Of a stretch of DNA of 45,107 nucleotides, positions 1-20,800 are shown one piece after another. Origin of the DNA: Macrostomum lignano (taxonomy: Eukaryota); assembly GCA_002269645.1 (NCBI GenBank), contig NIVC01002052.1:1-45107 (forward strand). The letters are read 5' to 3'. Numbering within the stretch: the first letter of the stretch is position 1; the number at the start of each line of letters is the position of its first letter. The notes beneath the pieces are model-generated. The model ran no database searches and was not told the DNA's origin. It worked only from the letters and a program-made list of their open reading frames with translations. Made by a program: the position numbers and the translations under genes.

Positions 1-29
1 TGGCAAGGCGACCCCTGCGTAGGCACCCT

Positions 30-455
30 ATCTAGAATTATGTGAATATGCGCCCTCTAAGCCTAGAATTATGTGAATAGGCGCCCCCTAGTATAGAACT
101 GTGTGAATAGGCGCCCCTAGTATAGAAATATGTGAATAGGCGCCCCCTAGTATAGAACTGTGTGAATAGCGCCTCCTAGTATAGAACTATGTGAATACGC
201 GCCCCTTAGTATAGAAATATGTGAATAGGCGCCCCCTAGTATAGAACTATGTGAATACGCGCCCTTAGTATAGAACTGTGGTGAATAGGCGCCCCCTAGT
301 ATAGAACTGTGTGAATAGGCGCCTCCTAGTATAGAACTATGTGAATACGCGCCCCTTAGTACGAGCTATAGAACTATGGTGAATAGGCGCCCCCTAGTAT
401 AGAACTATGTGAATAGGCGCCCCTAGTATAGACCTATGTGATTAGGCGCCCTGTC
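30..455. repeat. Minisatellite, ~30-bp unit (ctagtatagaactatgtgaataggcgcccc), ~14 copies
   Basis: Read directly; the units carry small indels and substitutions. Confidence 0.95.
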
Positions 456-555
456 TAGAATGAACATCGCCAGAGCCGCCAAGTGCAATATTCAGCAAAA
501 TAGATAACAGAAAAGGCAAAGCAAGCAGCGACCAAAAGCAAATTGCGGCACCGGA

Positions 556-2146
556 TCAGCGAGTCCGGCCTCTTACTGAAGAGTCAAAGCTCGACGCCAG
601 TGTGGTATCGGCGCTGTCGCGAGCGGCGCCAGCCAATGTTTGCGGCGGCGGCGGCGGCGGCGGCGAGGGCGCCATGAGGTGTGGCGCCTGATTGGCGCCG
701 CCGCCTCCGCGCGCCAATTTAGGCAGCCGAGGCGAAGCGATGGGGTCGCTAAGCGACTGGAACGCCTCCTGCAGTTCAACTCGCTAAATTGAACGCAAAC
801 GCATTAAACAGCAGTTTAGGGCGAATTGTGTTAGTAGCGAATGTTAGATCTCGTAGTTAATATTTGAAATTCTTGTATTAAAAACACCATTGGATTAGCT
901 TTTAAGCTCTAGAGTTGTCAACGGGATCGCAGCTACACACTTTAAGTCTCAAGGATTCAACTACTAGGGCAGAATGGATGTGAAATCTCCTATGTTTTCA
1001 CAAGAAAATAGCGGTATTACTTTCCTCTGGTTCGTCCGTATTTAATGGTCGTTAAAAGCTTTTCAATATGTAAAATGTCCTAATGGCCAGATGTGCAACC
1101 GACAGCTCAGCCGCAGCTATTGCGCGGCGCATCTGAAGGCTGCGTACGGCTGTTCAGTCCAAGGACTGGGGGGTCGCCACACGCACCCTCAATTTCCCCA
1201 GCTAATGCTGGCACCCATTTTACAGCTGGGTGGGAGTTAAGTGTTTTGCTCAAGGACACAAATTGTTCCGAGTGGATCGAGAATCGAACCCCCGACCTTC
1301 AAGTCGTGAGTCTGACGCTCTAACCACTAGGCTACCGCCCCTGAGCAAAGGAAGCCCCTCATATATTAGAATCTGGATGCAACAGCAGCCGCTCCAAAGT
1401 TAGTAGCAGCAATGCAAGCAAAACTCACTGTTAGATAAATTTAAAACAATTATTCACTTAGTTGCATGCTTTAGGCAAATCAAGGTCACGCTGAGCCCTG
1501 AGCATACACAGGTACAGGCACATGCTCACAGCATGTACAACACATGCATTTGGCCCTCGCAGGGTTGATTGATTGGGCAGAATCCCACATTAAATGCACC
1601 GCTTAATCGCCAGCTTCATCAGTATCGAATTGCGCTCACCTTCCGCCAGCCCGTCAGCGGCTCCCCCGGCAAGCTGAAGCTGCTGTTGTCCGGCATGGAG
1701 CTGACTGTGATGTCGTCGCTCCGCACTGATGAACCGCCAACTCTCTGCTGGAGAAGCTCCTCGGACAGGGCCAGCCCGCCGGCCGGACCAGCCCCAGCGC
1801 GGTGGTTGGCCGGGCTCGGCCAGGCGGCGTCATGGCGTCGTCCGAGCTGCTGAGAATGTCGCCAATTGCATGCTGCCGCCGACGTCGATGTCGCCGAGGT
1901 CGGGCTCGACTCCGCGACGCCGCTGGCCGGACGGAGAAGACATTGGGCCTTGAGTGATGGCGAGCGCGGCCTCAGCTGAGGATTTCTGTTAATTTATGAT
2001 GCCAATTAATTACTGCGCGGCCACCACCTTCGCAGGGACGAGGCCGAGTTGAGCCGGGCAGCTGCGGAGAGAGAGAGTTTTGAGTAGTGCGAGATTGCAC
2101 AGCTTGTGTGTGTGAGGGGGGTGGCTGCTTGAGTTTGAGCAAACAG
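556..2146 (-). CDS. Unidentified low-complexity protein, partial; putative exons 2146-2028, 1985-1640, 783-577 (or to stop at 556)
   Basis: GC-rich open segments with canonical splice sites (aag|gtgagc at 1640, caatttag|cga at 783, aacag|aaat at 1985) and consistent phases, giving ...GEPLTGWRK|RVELQEAFQSLSDPIASP...PPPPPPP. I recognise no domain. Confidence 0.45.
1065..1340 (-). mobile_element. tRNA-derived SINE with CORE-like central domain
   Basis: Minus strand has Pol III box A (TAGCCTAGTGG) and box B (GGTTCGATTC), then TGTGTCCTTGAGCAAAACACTTAAC...CTGTAAAATGGG resembling the MIR/CORE domain. A second copy lies at 31735-31848. The 3' end is approximate. Confidence 0.8.
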
Positions 2147-2729
2147 CTGGGGAGAAGAGGCAGCCAGATGTACTGCTGGTATGACCCTTGGTCTCAACCT
2201 TCAGTGTGCGCCACTCTGCATTCACTAAAATTGCTTGCTTGCTGCCTGGTTTGCTTTTTCTTGCCTGTCTGAGCCAGGAGTCGGGGGGGGGGTGCAAGAG
2301 AAGGAGGGAGAGGTGGCGGTGACGGAGAAGGCAGCGCGATGCAAGCAGAGCGAGTCATTGCAGCCTCCCCCCAAAAAAAGCACTCTACTCTACTCTAAGT
2401 CTAAGGAGCGGATCGCAATTTCAATGGAGATTGCCGTGCACAGAATAAGAAAATTGCCGCAGCCAGCACTAAAGCTGGATTTATTTCGCAGGCAGCTCTC
2501 ATTAGCAACCAGCAGGGCACACAGTATAGCCAAAGTCAGGGGTGGGCGCTGTGTGCATGGTGAGGCATTGCTGCGCCAATTGTGCGTACAAATTCATTTG
2601 AGCCTAATTTGTGTTCACTTGCGTGTTTGTGTTTGTGTATCTGAACAATTGTTCATTGTTGTTCATACTACTTTCGAGTAGTTAAATTAAAAAGTGTGTA
2701 CACGCACCATCTGGAATTTGTCAACTAAT

Positions 2730-3069
2730 CTAACCTCGTGCTCAATTCATTTCAACACGGGATACTCGGAACCCGATACGTTTATAATCTCTATATTTTT
2801 ATGGGTTGCTTTCATAAACGCGAAACTTCACAACCGCTAAAAAGACTGCAGTACATGAAAGTAATAAGTGCAAAAAATTTTGCGACATCAATTTTGATCT
2901 ACATCAATACTTGACTAACCTCGTGCTCAATTCATTTCAACACGGGATACTCGGAACCCGATACGTTTATAATCTCTATATTTTTATGGGTTGCTTTCAT
3001 AAACGCGAAACTTCACAACCGCTAAAAAGACTGCAGTACATGAAAGTAATAAGTGCAAAAAATTTTGCG
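2730..3069 (+). repeat. Exact 155-bp direct duplication (2730-2884 and 2915-3069) with a 30-bp spacer
   Basis: Base-by-base comparison of the two copies. Confidence 0.92.
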
Positions 3070-3205
3070 GTTGTGAAGTTTTGCGGTTATGAAGTTTCGC
3101 GTTTATGAAAGTGACTACAAAAAATTAGCGGTTGTGAAGTTTCGCGGTTATGAAAGCAAGTGCTTTTAGCGGTTGTGAAATTTTGCGTTTGTGAAACCCA
3201 CCCCA
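2987..3205. mobile_element. Foldback/MITE-like element built from inverted GCGGTTGTGAAGTTT modules
   Basis: ctttcataaacgcgaaacttcacaaccgc (about 2996-3021) is the reverse complement of several modules at 3063-3205. No TSD identified. Confidence 0.6.
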
Positions 3206-5200
3206 GAGGGAAGGCCTGGCTGCATTTTGCCCTTTTAAAAAAATTCGGAGTCTTCTCCCACTAGGGGCAATTAATATCCGGTTTCAATTCGGCGCTTAAA
3301 TTGACAATTACTGATAGCTGTAAATTCTCTCAATAAAATTAAAATGCACATATAAAATATTCCAATGATAATTTGTAGTACGCTAATAATACATAAGGAC
3401 TTCAGTACTGCAATACAAATAATTTGCTACATTGATATAAGATACAGCTGGCAAACTCATGTAGTAATTAACTGCTTGTAGATGTACTTGGACATTTCAA
3501 ACCCAAAATTTCTTGAAAAATCCAAATGAAGTCTTTTGAAAATGACTAATGAAAACTTAGATTCAAAAATTTTTTGGCTATCATATGTACTTTATCTACA
3601 TCAATACTTGACTAGCTAGTTGATACACCACCTTTAAAGACATCATTTTTTGTAGAATTTAGACCCGAATAAATAACAATGCACTAGTGCAAAAGCAATC
3701 AGCGATTTTATGGCTTCTTATAATTTTTAATAACTCTCATTTTTCCTATAATTACTCGCATATTTTTTTGCGTGTAAGAGGTAAATGTAAATTTCTAGTC
3801 GTTAAATAAAATAAAATAATATGTATAAAACTAAAGCTTGCATACTAAGTCTAAGGAGCAAAAAACTAACAGAACTTAATTTTATACCAAATGAACATAC
3901 AAAAGATAGAAACAGCACAATATTGGAGTTAAAAATTAAAAAAATTATTTTATCTAGATTATTCCTCAAAAAGAATTAGCTTTAAGCTAAAAAAGCTAAG
4001 AGAAGCTTATTCAGTAAGTAGTTACTCAAATGTATAGACTTTAACATACACTGACAATTATCCGTATTCGCTTAAAACGTATTGAAACAGTGGTAAACAA
4101 ATTCTTAACTAATAGTTAACGAGTTCTCTTGTAAACTTTAAGTTGTTGAAGTGGGATCGACTGAATATTCAACAAAGAATGAAAAACTAAATTATTTAGA
4201 CGCTATTCAAAGTTAAAAGCTTTTTGCTACTGTCAGTGCAGAAAAAAAACAATAAAAAACTTATTGATGAATTTACAATTGTAAAAGTATTTTTATGAAC
4301 CTGTTGCTAAAAAATGTATCACACTTGTTATTATGTTTGGCGAAATTTTATTTTCGAGGAAGCCCAAATTCAACTTCAAAGAGTTATTCAGTTTTACTTG
4401 ACACGGTTTAGTATGAATTGTTACACAAATCTACTGTTGATTTCGAGATGTAAGATTATAGGTTCGATCAGTTTGTTAGGATTGTTCGGAAGGTTAGTAT
4501 TAGCTTGGACTATTGTTTGAAAAAACAGGGTTTGTGATGAAAAACCTTATATATTTCTGTTAAATAAGAATTCTCTTGAGAATCGCTTTTCAAATGCTTG
4601 AAAAATAGTTAAGGGAATTCTCTGTCATGTAAAGCATTATAGAACTTATACGAACGCTAATTAAATTGCAAACAAAATGTCTGAAAAATAGGATTCTAGA
4701 AAAAATATTACAATTACATATAGGTTCTCTAGACTGACAGTAGTTTGTTACTTTACTCAATTCTCATCCTTATTTTTATATTTGTACATATAATATTGGC
4801 TATAAAATGGTAAAAAAGTTTATCTAATAACTTTTAAAAGTGACTGAAAACATCAATTGTATATTAAATATATTTAGTAATCTTTATTTAGAAATAGTGT
4901 TTTTGAAATAGTACTGCACTAAAATCAAATAGAATAAAATAGATTAACACATTTTTAAAAGCATTATATTATTATTCAATTTGTCTAATTATGTGATTAG
5001 AGATTAGCCAGATTAAAATAAATACGTTTTTGGCTCCATGCAGAATTTATTGGTTATTTGACTCATCAATAAAAGCTAATTTGGCTTGTTAAGGCTAGGT
5101 AAAACATTATTGATGACACAATAACTATCTTCACTGTCAATTCCAGGTCGATCAGATTTTACTTTGATTAGACTGATCTCAGCCAATTTCAATCATTGCC

Positions 5201-15156
<9,956 letters not shown>

Positions 15157-17854
15157 CGACTGACAATTTTTTAAGTCTGAGCATTTTCATTATATATTTT
15201 TAATTTGGACTATAGTCTCTTTATTTATATTCTGCGCTGTGATCTGTTGAAACAATAAATTTTGTGTTTATCGGGAATTCCACAATATATTTGTTGTATT
15301 ATATATATCATCGGCTTTGTGTATTCAATATTGTATTGAAATATACATGTACACGCAGCAAAATTATAGTTTTATTGATTTTATACGTAAAACAGACTGT
15401 GCTGGCTTTGCTCAAAATTACAAAAATGTTGCCGTTTTTATTTTGTGGTTTATTTCACTTTAGAGCTTGATTTCTTGCTACAAAGTTCAAGAAAGTTCAG
15501 CACATTCAATAGCTATTGAAATAAATTCGTCCAGATGTGTTGATAGATAAGTTCGTGTAGAATTGTTTTCTAACTTACATAAACCGTATGTACGTGTACT
15601 TTACTGCTGTTAGTGCAATTCAGTGGCAGGTCAGATCAGAAAAATCGATTTAGCAGCTGATTAAACTTATTACAGTACATTTTTACATTTATAACAAACA
15701 AGGTGCTAGCTTTACCTTAAATTTTTTACCATCCTATCCGCAAAGTGTTTTAATTAACATAAAATTAATCTCCGCATAGCTGATTATGCAAGATTTAACA
15801 ATTTAAATTGGGATATATTTAGATTCGAAATGTATACATCAAAGATTCAAATAAGTTTATTTACACGAAATTTAAGCACGATAACTCAAATTCTAAATGA
15901 GAACTGCCGATTTTTTTAAACTGAAAGCGTGATATTCGAACTAAATTGTTTTTTAGAGATAGCTTCAGAACCGAGGAACAACACTGGTGAAAATTACCTT
16001 TAATATACGTTTTAACCTTTTTCAAAAGTTGCGTAAAGCCTCCTAGTCCTACCTTATCATGACTGACTTTGGTAAGTCACAGTTATTTTTGTGATAAAGA
16101 AGAGCATGACTATTTTGTTACTTTTCCTTTTTATCATTGATGTTATTGTCTTCGTGTCTATTGAATTATAATTTTAACATCAAAATTGTCTTAGTTGATC
16201 AGTCCATATTGGAATGCCATGGGGGAAGTTAGTACTACTAAGTAGTATTTTTTATTTCTGATTAAGTAATTACAAAGCTAAGTACACTGTGTACAGATTG
16301 GTCAATTGTTTCTCTGGATCTGAAGCTTTTTGATCATTCAAATATGAACTAGGAAAACAAGACTAATAATGTTGAACTAATTTTGTTTATTTTTTGTTTA
16401 GGCTACCTTACTATAAGTTATAATTATATTTATAAGTTTTTAGGATATCATTATATTATACCATATTTTATTTTTTTAGGTATACTATAGCTACTGGGTA
16501 TAGTAACTAAACAATATAATTAATATACCTAATTTAGTTAAAGCAAAAAGCTTTTAACTTTTTAGATATAATCAAAAAGATATATCAATACATAATCAAA
16601 TGATATATAGTTTGTTTCAAATGAGCCTTTTTATATTGTGTTCATATTTAAAATTTTCTTGTTTTGAATGTTTTTAAAAAAAACATTTTTATATTATTAT
16701 GCTAGAACTATTACTATTCAATTCTGAGTGCTAAATATAATGTCTACTAACATTTTTATATATGACTATATGCTTGACCTTAGCCTTACTTAGGATGATA
16801 ATAAGACTAGCTATTATCAACTATATTGATATGTATTTCTATATTTTATATAGATTAACAAATTTAAAGCAATGGTTCAAGTATATAATTTTTTTGCTAA
16901 TATAGCCTATATAGTCTATAGGCTATAAACATATTAGTATAAATATGTACATAGCTTTCTAATATAATAATAAGGCCAATATCCAATGAATGATTAGCAA
17001 CAATAATATAATTCATTAAGATTCAGTACCCTATTTCCTATATCATATAGTTATTAGGATTTTACCATAGATAAGCTATATATAGCATGCATTTGCAACA
17101 CTTAGCCAATCTAGATGATCTAGCTAAGTGGCAAGGTAGCCAAGGCAAGGATATTGCAAAACTGATTAACCAAGCACCAAAATTATTAGGAAAAAATAGA
17201 ATAGAATATCAAAAATGAAATTAAAAAAAACTAGATAAAACATTGAGAATAGAATAAAAATAATAAAAACTTACATAAGCAATAAAAAATCAAAAAATAC
17301 AAAAGAGAATTGGAGCTTTAGTCAGTTAAAGACAAATATTTAAATTGCATAAAAGGTAAAGCTATATCACAAAGTGGCTCTCCAGATACAACTATGTCAC
17401 ATTTTGTGAAAATCTATATCTCAACTAGGCATGTAAAATTTAGAAGGTTGCGCATGTATAATATATAACCTTTAATTATTATAGTATCTTTACCTCAAAC
17501 TTAATGCTGTCTGGCATTCTGAAACTTGTAAAAAATCTCAGGTTGTGTCAAAAGCTGCCTTGAAACTAAATAAGTTTCATGTTATCTATACCTTCCCAGT
17601 GGCAGACAGTCAGAGTTTAGTTAGAGTTTATTATGTATAAGCATAAACTTCGTTTTATAAAAAACCTATGCCCTATGGCATCCCCTTCAATTCCCATTAT
17701 TGATATGCATACCCATGTCTTTGTAAGCTACCCAGAAGGCCCCTAATAGAGCAAATATTGAGCTTCTGTAGAGCAGTTGAAAAATGATTGCAACAATTGG
17801 CAAAACGTACATAACTGCCATCTTTGGCCTGTTTTCGCTTCGTTTGGGGCTTCT

Positions 17855-20800
17855 ATGACTTGTAAAATTAAGTCCTCCCTACCACTGGTTTCACTTGGCG
17901 CACGCAGACCAGGACAGGACGCCAAGACGGGAAGACAAAAAAGAGAAGAAAAAGCGCGAAAAAGAGAAACGAGACCACGGCTACCACCAATTCGAGGACG
18001 ACTCAGCCAGCATCGACGCTGTGGTGCTGCAGCCGCACTCGTCATATGGCGATTCGGCAGCTTCCGGCTCCGCAGCTGCCGCCGCACCGGCGGGCTCCTC
18101 AGCGGCTTCGTCTGGCCAGCAGGCCAATCCTGCCGGCACTCTGTCGCCCAAAGCCAAGAAGACCAAGAGCTTCAAGCTGCCAACAAAGAAGAGCATATTG
18201 AAGAAAGGTTCGACGGATAAAGATGATAAAAAGCAGAAGAAGCTTCGGCGCAAGAATCTCAAAGACGAGGTGGAACAGCTGACCCCAATCGGCCGGTCTT
18301 TGGGGTGCCTCTCGCGCTGGCCGTTCAGCGTTCGAAGAGTCACGACGGAGTGGCGCTGCCGGCCTGCTTTAGGTGGGCACCTGAGATCCTTCATCAGAAA
18401 TGCTCAGATTGGGCAGCTGAGACCCTTCATCATAGATGCCACTGGAGCCGCTTCTAACATCCCAGACCCTCAGGCTGAAGACCCTGGAACCCTTCCAGCA
18501 TCCCAGATCCCAAACTAAGCCGAGGCTCTGACTTTCCCAACCGTAATTTCCTGCCCAAAACTCGCTCCCACAGGGAATGCATCGACTTCGTTGAAGCCAA
18601 CGCCCTCTCCTGCGAAGGCATCTACCGAGTGTCCGGCGTCAAATCCAAGGTGCAGGCCATCATCCGGGCCTACAATCTGCACCTCTCTGTTGAACTATCC
18701 GACTACGATCCATTCGTAGTAGCCAGCGTCGTCAAGAACTTCATCCGGGAGCTGCCGGAATGCGTGCTCACCGAAAAATTGCTGCCGGAGTTTGAAGGGT
18801 CCTGGAGCATCCGGGATCCGAAGCAGAAGGTTGAAACATTCCAACGGTTGCTATCCTCTCTGCCGGCGCCCAACTATATGCTGCTGGCCTACACCCTGCT
18901 GCACATGTCGCACGTGTGGCGCATCAGGCCCAGAATAAGATGAGCTTGCAGAACGTGAGCATAGTGCTCAGTCCCACTATGCAAATATCGCACAAGGTGT
19001 TGCACGTGTTCTTCTCTCACCTAGATGAATTGTTCTCCGGTGTTGTTATTAAACGCTACGTGGCACCGCTGAGACCGCAGGCGCGTATGGAGATTCCGGA
19101 GACGCTTGAGGATGTGGAGGCTGAGCTGGCTAAACAGGTGATTATAATTTGGCTGCTAAATGGAAGTGAGTAGTCGGCCAGTGGCTTATCTGAATTACTG
19201 GAATAAAATCGTACCAAATCTGAATGACTGACAGACTGGAAGTAGGTAGTGGTCTATCTGAATGACCGGAAGTGGGTAGTAGCCCACCTAACTCACCGGA
19301 AGTGGGTGGTAGTGGCCTATCTGAATGACCGGAAGTGGGTAGTGGCCTATCTGAATGACCGGAAGTGGGTAGTGGCCTATCTGAATAACCGGAAGTAGGT
19401 AGTGGCCTATCTGAATGACCGGAAGTAGGTAGTGGCCTATCTGAATGGCCGCAAGAGGGTAGTGGCCTATCTGACTGACCGGAAATGGGTAGTGGCCTAT
19501 CTGACTCACCGGAAGTAGGTAGTGGCCTATCTGACTGACCGGAAGTGGGCTGTATTTGCTCCCCTGAAGGCCGTAAAGTAGGATTCAGATCCTTAGACAT
19601 TATAGAGCTATCTAATTGAATAAGCCGCTAAACGTGCCAGGAGTCCCTGCTAGAATGGCTGCACCAAGAGCTGAGCGCCCTGAAGTCGGACGGCCTGGAC
19701 TCGCAGGACAAATCCAACTTGATCTGGGAGGTACAACGGGTTGTCACGGCGCTTAAACGGAAGAAGAGTCTGATTGAAATGGACGACATCGAGGGTGAGT
19801 AGTTTCACATAGCGCTGTATCTAGGGGAAGTGCCTTCCATAGCACTGATAAAATCCCCTCCCTGAAGCTTATCTATTGTTAAAATGGCCCCTTTCCGAAG
19901 CTTATCTATTGTTAAAATGGCCCCTTTCTGAAGCTTATCTATTGTTAAAATGGCCCCTTTCTGAAGCTTATCTTTTGTTAAAATGGCCCCTTTCTGAAGC
20001 TTATCTTTTGTTAAAATGGCCCCTTTCTGAAGCTTATCTTTTGTTAAAATGGCCCCTTTCTGAAGCTTATCTATTGTTAAAATGGCCCCTTTCTAAAGCT
20101 TATCTATTGTTAAAATGGCCCCTTTCTGAAGCTTATCTATTGTTAAAATGGCCCCAATCTATTTTTTAAATTGTCTCTCCTTCGCGAAACTTGTTAAAAT
20201 CAAGCCGTATGAAGGTAAAGCCGTGAGGCTGCAACACAGAACTGAGCACTCCAGGTAGTTTAAACCAATCGCCCGCAGCCATCGAAAGCGAGCTGCTCAA
20301 GCAGGAGACATCGCTAAACCGGCTACACGCCACCCTGACCGGCTGTCCAACCGACGATCAGGAGACGCAGGACCAGCTGTGGGAGGTGCAGCGCACCATC
20401 ACTATGCTCAAACGGAAGCTGAGAAAAACTGCCGGCGCGCCCAGGCCCAGCCTGCCAGGCGGCCCGGCCTCGGGAGCGACAGCCAGCGTCGCAGGCGCCG
20501 GCAGCATCCGCGGCAGCGCGTCGGCCGATCACGTGAACAGCGCCGCCGGCGGCATCGCCAAATCGCCGTCGTTCCCAACTCCTGGCAGCGGCATCCGACC
20601 GGACATGACCGCTCTGGAGGAGAATCTCGAACTCAATCTGGCTCTGCGGCGGGTTAATGTACAGGTGATGCCAACTTTGGAAACATATAACAGAGCAGAG
20701 TAAAGCTTGGCAGCTGTCCAAAAATTGTCCAAGCACACAGAAACCCATGCTGGGAATCTGGATATTGCTAAACGTTAACAGCGTCACCTTGATGAAGGTC

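Noticed and set aside
567-587. Partial resemblance (ggcctcttactgaagagtcaa) to a flatworm spliced-leader sequence as I recall it
   Set aside because: Short and gapped, lacks the leader 3' end, donor and Sm site, and overlaps a putative splice donor on the other strand; probably chance.
625-720. CCAAT-box/GC-box promoter
   Set aside because: The motifs are better explained as part of a phase-consistent minus-strand exon; no downstream + strand gene nearby.
17090-17135. Hairpin (cacttagc...gctaagtg) as a possible pre-miRNA
   Set aside because: The stem is only about 8-12 bp and interrupted; within chance for AT-rich DNA.
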